Assembly: GCA_048940925.1 (NCBI GenBank) | Contig: JBHLOC010000014.1 | Coordinates: 34,371-98,370 of the forward strand | DNA length: 64,000 bases | Source: Promethearchaeota archaeon | GTDB taxonomy: Archaea > Asgardarchaeota > Lokiarchaeia > Sigyniarchaeales > SOKP01 | Direction of reading: 5' to 3' | In this document: positions 41,479 to 50,641 of the stretch, one piece after another | Layout of the letters: the number at the start of each line of letters is the position of its first letter | How positions within the stretch are numbered: the first letter of the stretch is position 1 | Notes under the pieces: generated by a model | What the model was told of the DNA's origin: nothing | What the model saw: the letters and a program-made list of their open reading frames with translations, nothing else | Databases searched by the model: none | Made by a program: the position numbers and the translations under genes

Positions 41479-42606
41479 ATGCCCGAAGATAAAGAAAAAG
41501 TGGAAGACTTTATTAGTCTCTGGAGAAAAAAAATGGAGACTGAAATAAAAAAACCAAGTGCTATTGCAGAAACTTTAGATAGAATGAAAGAAGTAGAGAA
41601 AGAAAATGAAGATTTAAGAAGTAAAATTAAACAGAACATAGAATTAATTACTAAAACGGAACAAGTTGTAAAACAAACTCTTGAAGAAAACGAGAGACTA
41701 AAGGAAGAAGTAAATAAAGCAGAGACAGTTAGTAAAAAAGATGTACGTAAAATTCAGCAAGAAAATTTAGAGCTTAATAACAAAATAAAAAGCATAACAA
41801 ATAGTTTAATCGAAAAAGATGTACAAATAAAAACAAAAGATAAAGAATTAGAATTATTACAGAATAATATAAGTGATCTTTCAAAGCAACTCGAATCAAT
41901 AACTAGCTCTATTCCTGAAAAAGAAGAAGGTGAAAACCAAGCATTAATAGAAGAATTAAAATCTGAACTTACAAAAAGAAAGTCTCAGATTAATGAGCTC
42001 ATGCAAAAAATTGAAAATCTAACTACAGAGAATGAGTCTTTAAATGAAATGTTAATTGAAAAAGAAAAAACACAACAGGTAGATTATGTGGTTCCTGTTG
42101 ATACCTCAAAAACTGCTGTGATAAAGCCTATACCTTCACAGACTTCTTCACAAACATTAGAAATACTCTGCCAAGACCTTCAAGCAGATTTAAATAAATA
42201 TAAGAGAATTATTGATAAAATGACTCGAGAAAAAACTGAACTTCAAGAGACAATTGAGAGTGGCGGCTTTCAGTTGGAACCTGCGGAATTTAAAGAGTTA
42301 AAAAAAGAAAATGAGGAGCTAAAATCAGAGCTTTCAAATTTACAAGCAAGTATTCAAACTACAATTGAGAAAACCCAACCACCATTTTCAGTTGAAATAT
42401 ATGAAGATCAAATTAAAGAACTTCAAGAGCAAATAAAGGAAAGAGATCTCTTAATAACTGAATTAAGGTCATCTCAATCATCTCAAATTAAGGTCCCTTC
42501 TGGTCCAGTGTCTAATTTAGTTGAAGAATTGCAAAGCAGGATAAATAAATTAAAAATTTCACTAGATGAAAAGAATAAAATTATTGAAGACTTAAAATCA
42601 TCCTAA
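41479..42606 (+). CDS. Long coiled-coil protein
   Basis: 375 aa, E/K/L/Q-rich heptads broken by Pro-rich linkers. Confidence 0.75.
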   Translation: MPEDKEKVEDFISLWRKKMETEIKKPSAIAETLDRMKEVEKENEDLRSKIKQNIELITKTEQVVKQTLEENERLKEEVNKAETVSKKDVRKIQQENLELNNKIKSITNSLIEKDVQIKTKDKELELLQNNISDLSKQLESITSSIPEKEEGENQALIEELKSELTKRKSQINELMQKIENLTTENESLNEMLIEKEKTQQVDYVVPVDTSKTAVIKPIPSQTSSQTLEILCQDLQADLNKYKRIIDKMTREKTELQETIESGGFQLEPAEFKELKKENEELKSELSNLQASIQTTIEKTQPPFSVEIYEDQIKELQEQIKERDLLITELRSSQSSQIKVPSGPVSNLVEELQSRINKLKISLDEKNKIIEDLKSS

Positions 42607-43581
42607 ATGAATAAACAAAAAATAAACTTATTTTTCGCTGGACATTTTGCAGTGGATAATATAATACGATTTAAACGAATACACAAACCTAGTTTAGGTG
42701 GTAGTGTATCATATTGTTCATTAGCATTAAGTAAATACACTCAAGATGCTAAAATTAGCATAATTTCACATATAGGTAAACAAAATTTTAATCACAATTT
42801 ATTAAATAAAATTAAAACCAAAAAAATCGATTTAAAAGGAATAAAATATTCTAATGTAAAGAATACGAATTTTGTATTAGATTATTTTGATCATGGAAGA
42901 ATTTTAACTCTTAAATCAAGGAGCCCTAATCTACAATTTGATGATATTCCGTCAGAATATTTTAATCATCCTCCAGACGTATTTGTACTTGTTCCTTTAT
43001 GTAATGAAATTTCTCTCGAATATATATCTCAAATTTTGAAAAATTTCCCTGAAGTATATATTGCTATAGATTTACAAGGCTTTATTAGAAAAATTGATGA
43101 TCTTGGAAAAGTATCGTATATTTATGATGAAGAGATTATCTCGAATATAAAAAAAATTGTTACTTTAATTGGAGATAGAGTAATATTAAAAGGTTCAGAG
43201 GAAGAAATGAAATTACTTGCGGAAGAAAGTGATAATTATGAAAAAGTTATGACATATTTTAAGCAATATGATAATAATGGAATATATATTATGACTATGG
43301 GAGAAAAAGGGTCTATGCTTATTAAAAAAGGAAATTTGATTTTAAAAATACCTGCTTTTAAAGCAAGAAGGGTAGTAGATGAAACTGGGGCTGGGGATGT
43401 ATACTTCTCTATATTTTTGTATGAATTTATTCAATCCGACAAATCATGGAAATCCATTGAACATGCTGCTTATTTAGCCTCATCAGCTGCCTCTTTCTTA
43501 GTGGAAAAAAAAGGACCAGCAGGCTTCGAAGCTAAAAATAAAGTTGTAAAAAGAATGAAAAAACAAAAATATATTAATTAA
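42607..43581 (+). CDS. PfkB family carbohydrate kinase
   Basis: GGSV.Y, D.QG, T.GEKGS and DETGAGD signature. Confidence 0.88.
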   Translation: MNKQKINLFFAGHFAVDNIIRFKRIHKPSLGGSVSYCSLALSKYTQDAKISIISHIGKQNFNHNLLNKIKTKKIDLKGIKYSNVKNTNFVLDYFDHGRILTLKSRSPNLQFDDIPSEYFNHPPDVFVLVPLCNEISLEYISQILKNFPEVYIAIDLQGFIRKIDDLGKVSYIYDEEIISNIKKIVTLIGDRVILKGSEEEMKLLAEESDNYEKVMTYFKQYDNNGIYIMTMGEKGSMLIKKGNLILKIPAFKARRVVDETGAGDVYFSIFLYEFIQSDKSWKSIEHAAYLASSAASFLVEKKGPAGFEAKNKVVKRMKKQKYIN

Positions 43582-43604
43582 TCCCTGTTTTCAAACGATA
43601 TAAT

Positions 43605-44195
43605 ATGCACATAAATAGTCATTTTGCTATTGGAGTTATTTTCACTTCAATATTAAACTATTTTTTTGAATTTAATTTTTTTGAATTTTCGTTTATCATT
43701 TTATTCTCATTTATTTGTGATTTTGATGTATTCCTTTCTAAATTTGCAAAAGATCATAATCATAGGATGTTAATTACTCACTCAGTAATTCCAAGCTTAT
43801 TACTCTTAATTCTAGGCATTCTAATCAATTGGATACCATTAATTTTAGGAGGGATCTCATATCTAATTCACATATTTATTGATGCTTTGGATTGGGGTAC
43901 AAATATTTTTTATTTCCAAAAGAAACAGGTGGGATTTAAACTTCTAATTTCTAAGGAAGAATTTGAAAATCTTCCTGAATATTTATCAAACTACAAGAAT
44001 CCCAATTCGTTTTTTGATGAGAAATATTATAAGAATAAAGTCTGTATAGGAATTGAAATCACCCTTTTTATTCTTATGATATTAATTGGAATGATTTTTG
44101 CATTTCAATATATACTTATAACTCTTTTATATATTCCATTTGCTTGGCTACACATATCTCGACATTATCAACTGAAAAAACTTGAAGCGAGATAA
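43605..44195 (+). CDS. Membrane-bound metal-dependent hydrolase (YdjM-like)
   Basis: SH…D.D…HR..ITHS…HIFID motif set with TM helices. Confidence 0.75.
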   Translation: MHINSHFAIGVIFTSILNYFFEFNFFEFSFIILFSFICDFDVFLSKFAKDHNHRMLITHSVIPSLLLLILGILINWIPLILGGISYLIHIFIDALDWGTNIFYFQKKQVGFKLLISKEEFENLPEYLSNYKNPNSFFDEKYYKNKVCIGIEITLFILMILIGMIFAFQYILITLLYIPFAWLHISRHYQLKKLEAR

Positions 44196-44213
44196 AAAAA
44201 AAAAATTAGAATT

Positions 44214-45251
44214 CTAACTTCTATATTTATATTTTTTTTGTAAAACAATTAAAGAGGTTAGAAATATTATTCCAATAATTATGTAGATATAGTATCCAGA
44301 AATAGTGGTGCTAGAGCCTTTTTTACATACATTATCTTCAAAAATATTTCCCTCACAATTGTATTCATAAATGCACTTCCCATTTCCTAATAAATTATTA
44401 TCCTTGATTAAAGTATAATTAGCTCCTGATAAATATATCCCGTATTGATTGTTACTATTAATTATATTCTCTGAAATAGTATTGTTAATACTAGAGCTTA
44501 AACGAATCCCCCATACATTTTCGTTTATTGCATTTTCTAAGATTTCAGTTTGATTACATTCAAGTGCATAGATTCCCTCATTTGTGTTATTCTTCATTGT
44601 ATTTTGAATTATTTTGGTAGTATTAATCTTTTGAATGTCAAAACCCTTAACATTGTTACTAGCAGTATTATTCTTGCAAAGAATATTACTACTAGAGCTT
44701 ATTTGCAAGCCACCATACCCATTATTGTTTAAAACATTATCAGATAAAGTGATATTTGTGCTATAACTTATCTCTATTCCTAGATGTCCACTATTAGTAA
44801 TAGTATTTTCAGATATTACAAAATTACTGCTATATGATAAATCAAAACCATTATATTGGTCATCAGATATAACGTTATTAATCAACTTACCATTCTGGAT
44901 TCTTCTTAAGGAAACAGCATCATGACCATTAGAATTGATAAACTCACAATTTCTAATTATAAAATAAACTGTAGTTTCCCAAATAAGAAGGCAAAGATAA
45001 GAATTTCCGTCAAAAACTTCATCTTCAATAATGTATGGATCATCTTTTGTTCCATTCCCGAGCCATCCTAAATATGTCGCCCAACCCTCAAACTCATCAT
45101 TATTTTTAATCTGAAGTGGCCCTATAGCCTGCATTTTTGGCATTAATTCGATTTTCTTGAAAGAAACGTTTCCTTGTATAGAAATTAAACCTAATGTTAT
45201 CAAACTTAATATACAGAAGGAAAAAAGTATTTTTTTCAAATTAAAATTCAA
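44214..45251 (-). CDS. Secreted right-handed beta-helix (NosD/CASH-like) protein with a C-terminal anchor
   Basis: Signal peptide, G.GT..DPYIIE, N-rich GI.L..S.N..I..N repeats, then ISGY + TM + basic tail. Confidence 0.85.
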   Translation of the reverse strand: MNFNLKKILFSFCILSLITLGLISIQGNVSFKKIELMPKMQAIGPLQIKNNDEFEGWATYLGWLGNGTKDDPYIIEDEVFDGNSYLCLLIWETTVYFIIRNCEFINSNGHDAVSLRRIQNGKLINNVISDDQYNGFDLSYSSNFVISENTITNSGHLGIEISYSTNITLSDNVLNNNGYGGLQISSSSNILCKNNTASNNVKGFDIQKINTTKIIQNTMKNNTNEGIYALECNQTEILENAINENVWGIRLSSSINNTISENIINSNNQYGIYLSGANYTLIKDNNLLGNGKCIYEYNCEGNIFEDNVCKKGSSTTISGYYIYIIIGIIFLTSLIVLQKKYKYRS

Positions 45252-45435
45252 TTTAAATCCCCTAACTTATATTGTATTACATTTTTAAATAAATTATTTT
45301 TAAAAATAAATACGATTACTTAGTTTTTAAATAATACTAATAAATTATTCTCAGTATTTAATTAAAAAGCTAAAGATATTATTAAAGCTTTAAATTATTT
45401 AAAATAGCTAAAATCAGTTTTTAAGAGTAAATTAA

Positions 45436-45951
45436 ATGAATCAAAATGAAGAAAAAATATTTGTATGCAATTTAGATGATACAAATTTATTTAATTGCAT
45501 TCTTAATGAAGTAGGAGAAAAAGACCTTGACATCATTTCACAAGATCTTCCTGTAAAACATGATGAAACCATAATAAATTGTGTAAGCGCAAGTTTAGTT
45601 GTCTGTCTAAGAAATCTAAAAGACAAATTAGAAACTCTTGAAGTTCAAGTAAAACTCTCAAAATATGAAAATGGAAATTGGATAATCAATCATATAAATG
45701 TAATTGTAAGCGAAGATGTTAGCGATGATTTAATAAATTCTAGAATTAATCAATGCCTTAAATTTATAAAAAGAGGATGTGCAACTGATGAATCTATTAA
45801 TTTCTCAATAATAAAATCAGAAAGTAAAGAGAATCTTAACAATTATGAAATCAAATTACTGGAATTAAATAAGTGGCTTGATAATCTTAGAGATGATAAA
45901 AAAAAAAAAGAAAGATTATTTACATTATTTAAAAATATTAAGTCTGATTAG
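45436..45951 (+). CDS. Divergent OsmC-like protein
   Basis: CVSASLVVCL aligns with CLSASFIFCL of the neighbours; W.I..I.V; QCLKF….C. Confidence 0.6.
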   Translation: MNQNEEKIFVCNLDDTNLFNCILNEVGEKDLDIISQDLPVKHDETIINCVSASLVVCLRNLKDKLETLEVQVKLSKYENGNWIINHINVIVSEDVSDDLINSRINQCLKFIKRGCATDESINFSIIKSESKENLNNYEIKLLELNKWLDNLRDDKKKKERLFTLFKNIKSD

Positions 45952-45981
45952 TTAAATTCTATTTGTAATAAGGGGATAATT

Positions 45982-46449
45982 ATATTAAATGAAATAAAAA
46001 CTAAAGTTGGGATAAAATTAGATGAATCCGAATCACAAATGATATTTAAATGCGATTTAGGAAACATGAGGGTTAAAGATTGTTATATCGATGAGGAACA
46101 TCATGATGAGGTTAATATGTTGGGACCTAATCCATCTAGGATGCTCGCTTTAGGTGTTTTAGGATGTTTAAGCGCAAGTTTTATTTTTTGTTTGAAAAAA
46201 AAAAATTTTAAAGTTGATAATCTTACCAGTGAAGCAGAAGTTACCATCGTTAGAAATAAAAAAGGTTTTTGGAGAGTTAAAAAAATTGATGTTAATCTCA
46301 CTCCTATAATTAATGATCCAGATACACTTAAAAGAGCACAACAATGTTTAAAACCCATGAAAGATGGTCTTAGTTTTTTTGAACAGTATTGTATTGTAAC
46401 ACAATCTGTCAGAAATGGTATCGAGGTAAATGTTAATTTAGATTTGTGA
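45982..46449 (+). CDS. OsmC/Ohr family protein (N-terminus extends upstream of ATG 46039)
   Basis: GPNPS.ML…LGCLSAS and FEQYCIVTQS. Upstream KTKVGIKLDE matches RVKVGIKLEE of the next paralog. Confidence 0.85.
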   Translation: MLNEIKTKVGIKLDESESQMIFKCDLGNMRVKDCYIDEEHHDEVNMLGPNPSRMLALGVLGCLSASFIFCLKKKNFKVDNLTSEAEVTIVRNKKGFWRVKKIDVNLTPIINDPDTLKRAQQCLKPMKDGLSFFEQYCIVTQSVRNGIEVNVNLDL

Positions 46450-46499
46450 TTCTAGTTTTTTATAATTTTATTTTTAACTTAAATTAAGGTATTATTTTC

Positions 46500-46937
46500 A
46501 TGTCAAAAGAATCTAGAGTTAAAGTTGGTATTAAATTAGAAGAAGAAATGACATATAGATGTGATCTTGGTAAAATAAAAATGGAAGATTTATTTATTGA
46601 TGAAACACATGATACCTACACTGATAAGATAGGTCCTCATCCTTCAAGTTTATTGGCTTTATCTGTTTTAGGTTGTTTAGCTGCAAGTTTTACATTCTGT
46701 TTAAAAAAGAAAGGTTTTACCTTAAAAGAACTTACTGGAAAAGCTGAAGTAATTACAAGGAGGAATGAGAGGGGATTTTGGAGAGTTAAGGCAATAAATA
46801 TTGATATTATCCCTAAAATTGATAATCTTAATATGCGTAAAAGAGCTGATATATGTATGAAATTCTTTGAGCAATATTGTATAATTTCAGAATCATTACG
46901 AGCCGGGATGGAAGTGAATGTAAATATTAATTACTAA
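46500..46937 (+). CDS. OsmC/Ohr family protein
   Basis: GPHPS.LL…LGCLAAS and FEQYCIISES; two conserved Cys. Confidence 0.87.
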   Translation: MSKESRVKVGIKLEEEMTYRCDLGKIKMEDLFIDETHDTYTDKIGPHPSSLLALSVLGCLAASFTFCLKKKGFTLKELTGKAEVITRRNERGFWRVKAINIDIIPKIDNLNMRKRADICMKFFEQYCIISESLRAGMEVNVNINY

Positions 46938-46981
46938 TTTTTTAACCTTAAAAATTATTAATTATTTTTACTTTGGTTTTT

Positions 46982-47971
46982 TTAATCTTTTATACCATCT
47001 TCAGTGATAGAAAACACAATATCACTCTCAGGTATGTTAGGTGCATCAACCACCTTAGCGATCCTTTGTTCTCCCTTTCCTTTCCTTAAAAATATGCGTA
47101 TTGTTGCTCCATGAGCGACTATGTGACCCCCTGTATGTATTAAAGGATTTCCATAAAATACGTCCGGTCTAGATGACACTTGATTTGTAAAAACGACTGC
47201 TAATTCATCATAAAGTTCTGATAACCGTAATAAATCATGAATATGACTATTTAAAATTTGTTGACGTTCTGATAAAGTCCCTCTTCCGATATATTCACTT
47301 CGAAAATGACCTATTAACGAATCCACAATAATTAATTTAATATTTTTCTCTTTTATGATTTTAGAAGCTTCTCTTACTAAGAGGATTTGATGATCACTAT
47401 TATAAGCACGTCCTATAATAATATTTCTTAACACTTCATTATAGTCTAAATCTATGGCTGTAGCCATTTGAATTATCCTTTCAGGACGGAACGTTCCTTC
47501 TGAATCTATATAAAGAGCCCCTCCTTCAAGACCTCCCTGTTCGTAAGGTAATTGAACACTTACACAGAGTTGATGCGCAAGTTGAGTTTTTCCTGTCCTA
47601 TATTCTCCAAAAACCTCTGTTACTGAACCCGGTTCAATACCACCTCCCAACAAATCATCAAAATTCTGGCTGCCAGTTGTTAGTCGATTTAATCTTTTCC
47701 GTTTCTCCCATATCTTATCTGCTGATTTAAATCCCATTTTTTCAATATCTTGAGCAGCTCTAACTAGTTTTTCAGCAGTTTTTTCGCCAATCCCTGCCGC
47801 TTCAGTTAATTTATTTAAGGGGTACATAGCAAGTGTTCTTATCGATAAGACTCCCGCATCTTTCAACTTATTTAATGTAGCATCTCCCACACCTGGTAAA
47901 TCCTTCAAAGTATAACTCGATTTCGATATAGAATCCTCTTCATTCTTCTTCTGACTTTTTTTCTTAGCCAT
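46982..47971 (-). CDS. radA: DNA repair and recombination protein RadA
   Basis: N-terminal HhH domain, F.SA polymerisation motif, [30 protein letters not shown] and GGHIVAH. Confidence 0.96.
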   Translation of the reverse strand: MAKKKSQKKNEEDSISKSSYTLKDLPGVGDATLNKLKDAGVLSIRTLAMYPLNKLTEAAGIGEKTAEKLVRAAQDIEKMGFKSADKIWEKRKRLNRLTTGSQNFDDLLGGGIEPGSVTEVFGEYRTGKTQLAHQLCVSVQLPYEQGGLEGGALYIDSEGTFRPERIIQMATAIDLDYNEVLRNIIIGRAYNSDHQILLVREASKIIKEKNIKLIIVDSLIGHFRSEYIGRGTLSERQQILNSHIHDLLRLSELYDELAVVFTNQVSSRPDVFYGNPLIHTGGHIVAHGATIRIFLRKGKGEQRIAKVVDAPNIPESDIVFSITEDGIKD

Positions 47972-48090
47972 ATTAAAATAATAGTTATTAATTCATATTT
48001 GAATTCGCATTAATTTTGATAATCTATCAAGAAATAAATATAAAAATATTAATAAAAAAATTAATTGGAAAATAAAGAATTTTTATACTT

Positions 48091-48765
48091 TTATTTTGTT
48101 TCTTTTCCACTCCGAGTTATAATCAACAAAACAATGAATAGTATGACTGACATCAAGAAAGTTAGCACTGCCATTGCCTCAGGAAGCCAAATATAACTTA
48201 AATAAAGAAACGGAGGCACAAATATGGCGATAATAATAATAAACACAGGGAATGGGATTTCTTCATCCTTAATATCAATTATTAGCGGAATAATAACCAA
48301 AAGCACTAACAATGTAGCTGCAAGTTTAAATGCTGTTGCAATAGAAGAACTAAAAATTGCTGAGTGAACATTAGGTAACCAGAAAAATAATAATTTTTCT
48401 GTGCCAGTTTCCATATTAGCATCAATTTCTGGCAAAATAGCACTAACAATCAACTGTACAAGTATTCCTAAACTGAGATAGAGTAATATTTCATTAATCT
48501 CTTTATTCTTTTTAAGATATACTCCAATTGTATCTCGTAGTAATGTTATAATCCATAAGGCAAAAAGCACTAAATAAGCACCTAGTACGTCAAAATTATC
48601 AATTTCTAAGCTAAGATACCACAAATAATTACTCGGAATCACCGCTACTATATAAGCAAGGTAACCGTATTTCTCCTCCCGTTTAAATAGATCAAATCCT
48701 AAAAATACACCATAAATAATGAATAAGGTTATTAAAATTATTATTGAACTTATGTCTACCGCCAT
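48091..48765 (-). CDS. Hypothetical polytopic membrane protein
   Basis: 224 aa with about 7 hydrophobic segments. Confidence 0.7.
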   Translation of the reverse strand: MAVDISSIIILITLFIIYGVFLGFDLFKREEKYGYLAYIVAVIPSNYLWYLSLEIDNFDVLGAYLVLFALWIITLLRDTIGVYLKKNKEINEILLYLSLGILVQLIVSAILPEIDANMETGTEKLLFFWLPNVHSAIFSSSIATAFKLAATLLVLLVIIPLIIDIKDEEIPFPVFIIIIAIFVPPFLYLSYIWLPEAMAVLTFLMSVILFIVLLIITRSGKETK

Positions 48766-48916
48766 GATTAAATCATCCTTTTATTAAATTCTTAAGTTAG
48801 TATTATATTATAATATAATTGATTCTATTTTTTTTAAATTTTAATCCTATTTTATAGAATAAAATAAGTTCTCAAATATTAAACTTAAAATGCCATAAAT
48901 TAAATTTATTTGCGTT

Positions 48917-50305
48917 TTAGAGTTCAGAAATTACCTTTTCCATGGTTTTAATCATTGCTTGTGCTTTATCTTTATCTTCTGACTCTGCTGATAAAAGTAT
49001 TGCATTTCTGTGCAACGCAACTTTTATAACGATATATGAATCATTTTCAATTATTTTTAATTCATTTATAATATCATGGTATCTATAGCCATTTTCCTCT
49101 ACTATTTCTCTTAACCGATTATGAATATTACTAATTAACTCAGAGGATACAGCTAAAGTCTTATTAATTTTTATACCTTTAGGAAAACCTCTAGTCAATG
49201 AACTAAGAAGATCATTTTGAGCAGTCATAATTTCAAGAATTTTTAATAATATAAAGTTGCCATCACTGAAGGGAGCAAACTCTGGGAAATAAAATTTAAG
49301 AGTATCTGCTGCGGCAAAACAAGCCCTTTCCTCTCTAATTTGTCTTGAAATCTCTCCGGGGAGATTCTCGACTTGTTTAACAGGAAAACCGCCATCTTCT
49401 ATAAAATTTCGCACGATAGGTGAAATAGAGGGAGTAGTAATTATTGTGTTTCCCTTTGATTTTTGTATTCTTTTATCAAATGACATGAATAACATTAATA
49501 AATCTTCAAAATTAATTTCTAATCCATTCTCATCTATCACCAATATTCTTGATCCATCGACATCAAAACAGACACCAAGATGACTGTTCGATGCTTTTAC
49601 TATATCTGCTGTATTTCTAATAGTATTGATACTAGGAACAGGGTTTGAAGCCCTTTCGCGATAATGTGTATTTAGGGCGATAACTTCAACACCGATATCA
49701 TTAATCAACAATGGTGTAATTTTTCCTGTTGGGCCATAGGAACAATCAACTACTATCTTTAAATTTGCTTTTTTTATTTTTGTTTTATCAACAAATTGCT
49801 GTAGCGATTTAATATATATATCAGCTGTTTGTGGTATAGCTGTGATTTGACCAATTTCATTAGGTGCAACTCTTCTTACATCGGTTGGGTATATATTATA
49901 TAATTCAATTATCCTTTGAATTTCGGACTGTGTCAATTCAATACCTCCAGCATCTAAGAACCTTATTCCGACATCTTCACTATAAAGATGTCCTGCTGAA
50001 AAATATACACCTGCACTCGCTCCAAATCGTCGTATTGTAAATTGTAAAAGAGGGAAGGTACAATCTGACAAATTTAAAAGATTTATACCTGTAGACATCA
50101 ATCCAGAAGTATAAGCTCTTTTTAACATACGACTATCATTATGATAATCTCTGCCCATAACAAGAGATTCATTTTGCTTTAATAAGCTGCCGTGAATCGA
50201 TCCAATTGAGCTTGAAATCTCTGGGGTGAATACATAATTCGCTTTTCCTACAATCCTTCCATTCTTTTTTAATTCATTCAGGTTTTTAATTGGAATCTGA
50301 GCCAT
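48917..50305 (-). CDS. Phosphoglucomutase/phosphomannomutase-fold protein with a degenerate active site
   Basis: I.G.AN, GRD…SRML and VVDC.YG present. SAGH replaces TASHN, and FDVDGSR replaces DxDxDR. Confidence 0.82.
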   Translation of the reverse strand: MAQIPIKNLNELKKNGRIVGKANYVFTPEISSSIGSIHGSLLKQNESLVMGRDYHNDSRMLKRAYTSGLMSTGINLLNLSDCTFPLLQFTIRRFGASAGVYFSAGHLYSEDVGIRFLDAGGIELTQSEIQRIIELYNIYPTDVRRVAPNEIGQITAIPQTADIYIKSLQQFVDKTKIKKANLKIVVDCSYGPTGKITPLLINDIGVEVIALNTHYRERASNPVPSINTIRNTADIVKASNSHLGVCFDVDGSRILVIDENGLEINFEDLLMLFMSFDKRIQKSKGNTIITTPSISPIVRNFIEDGGFPVKQVENLPGEISRQIREERACFAAADTLKFYFPEFAPFSDGNFILLKILEIMTAQNDLLSSLTRGFPKGIKINKTLAVSSELISNIHNRLREIVEENGYRYHDIINELKIIENDSYIVIKVALHRNAILLSAESEDKDKAQAMIKTMEKVISEL

Positions 50306-50641
50306 TTATAACTACTTTTTTGAATTTACGATAAATTTTATGTTGGAACTAATATATGTTAAAAAGCTAAATAAAAATATATAACTTTAACGTTTTTAAA
50401 AATTATATGAAGACACTTTATTTTAAATATTATTTACTCAATTTGGTAAAAAAAACTTATAAATTGCTTACACTCGAGTTTCAATCTTAGATAATTAAAT
50501 CAGTATTAGTCTTTGCATTTCTTTATCGAATTCATAAAATTTTCTTAAAATTTTTGAATGCTTTTTAATATTTTTAAGGTGAAATATTAAATATTATTGT
50601 TTGATTCCTATCTATAATTAAATTATTTAAAAATTTTAATA

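Noticed and set aside
45949-45951. TAG in frame between two OsmC-like ORFs, suggesting pyrrolysine readthrough or a fusion
   Set aside because: No pyl genes in the window; the second gene has its own SD and a paralog-like N-terminus; an in-frame arrangement occurs one time in three by chance.
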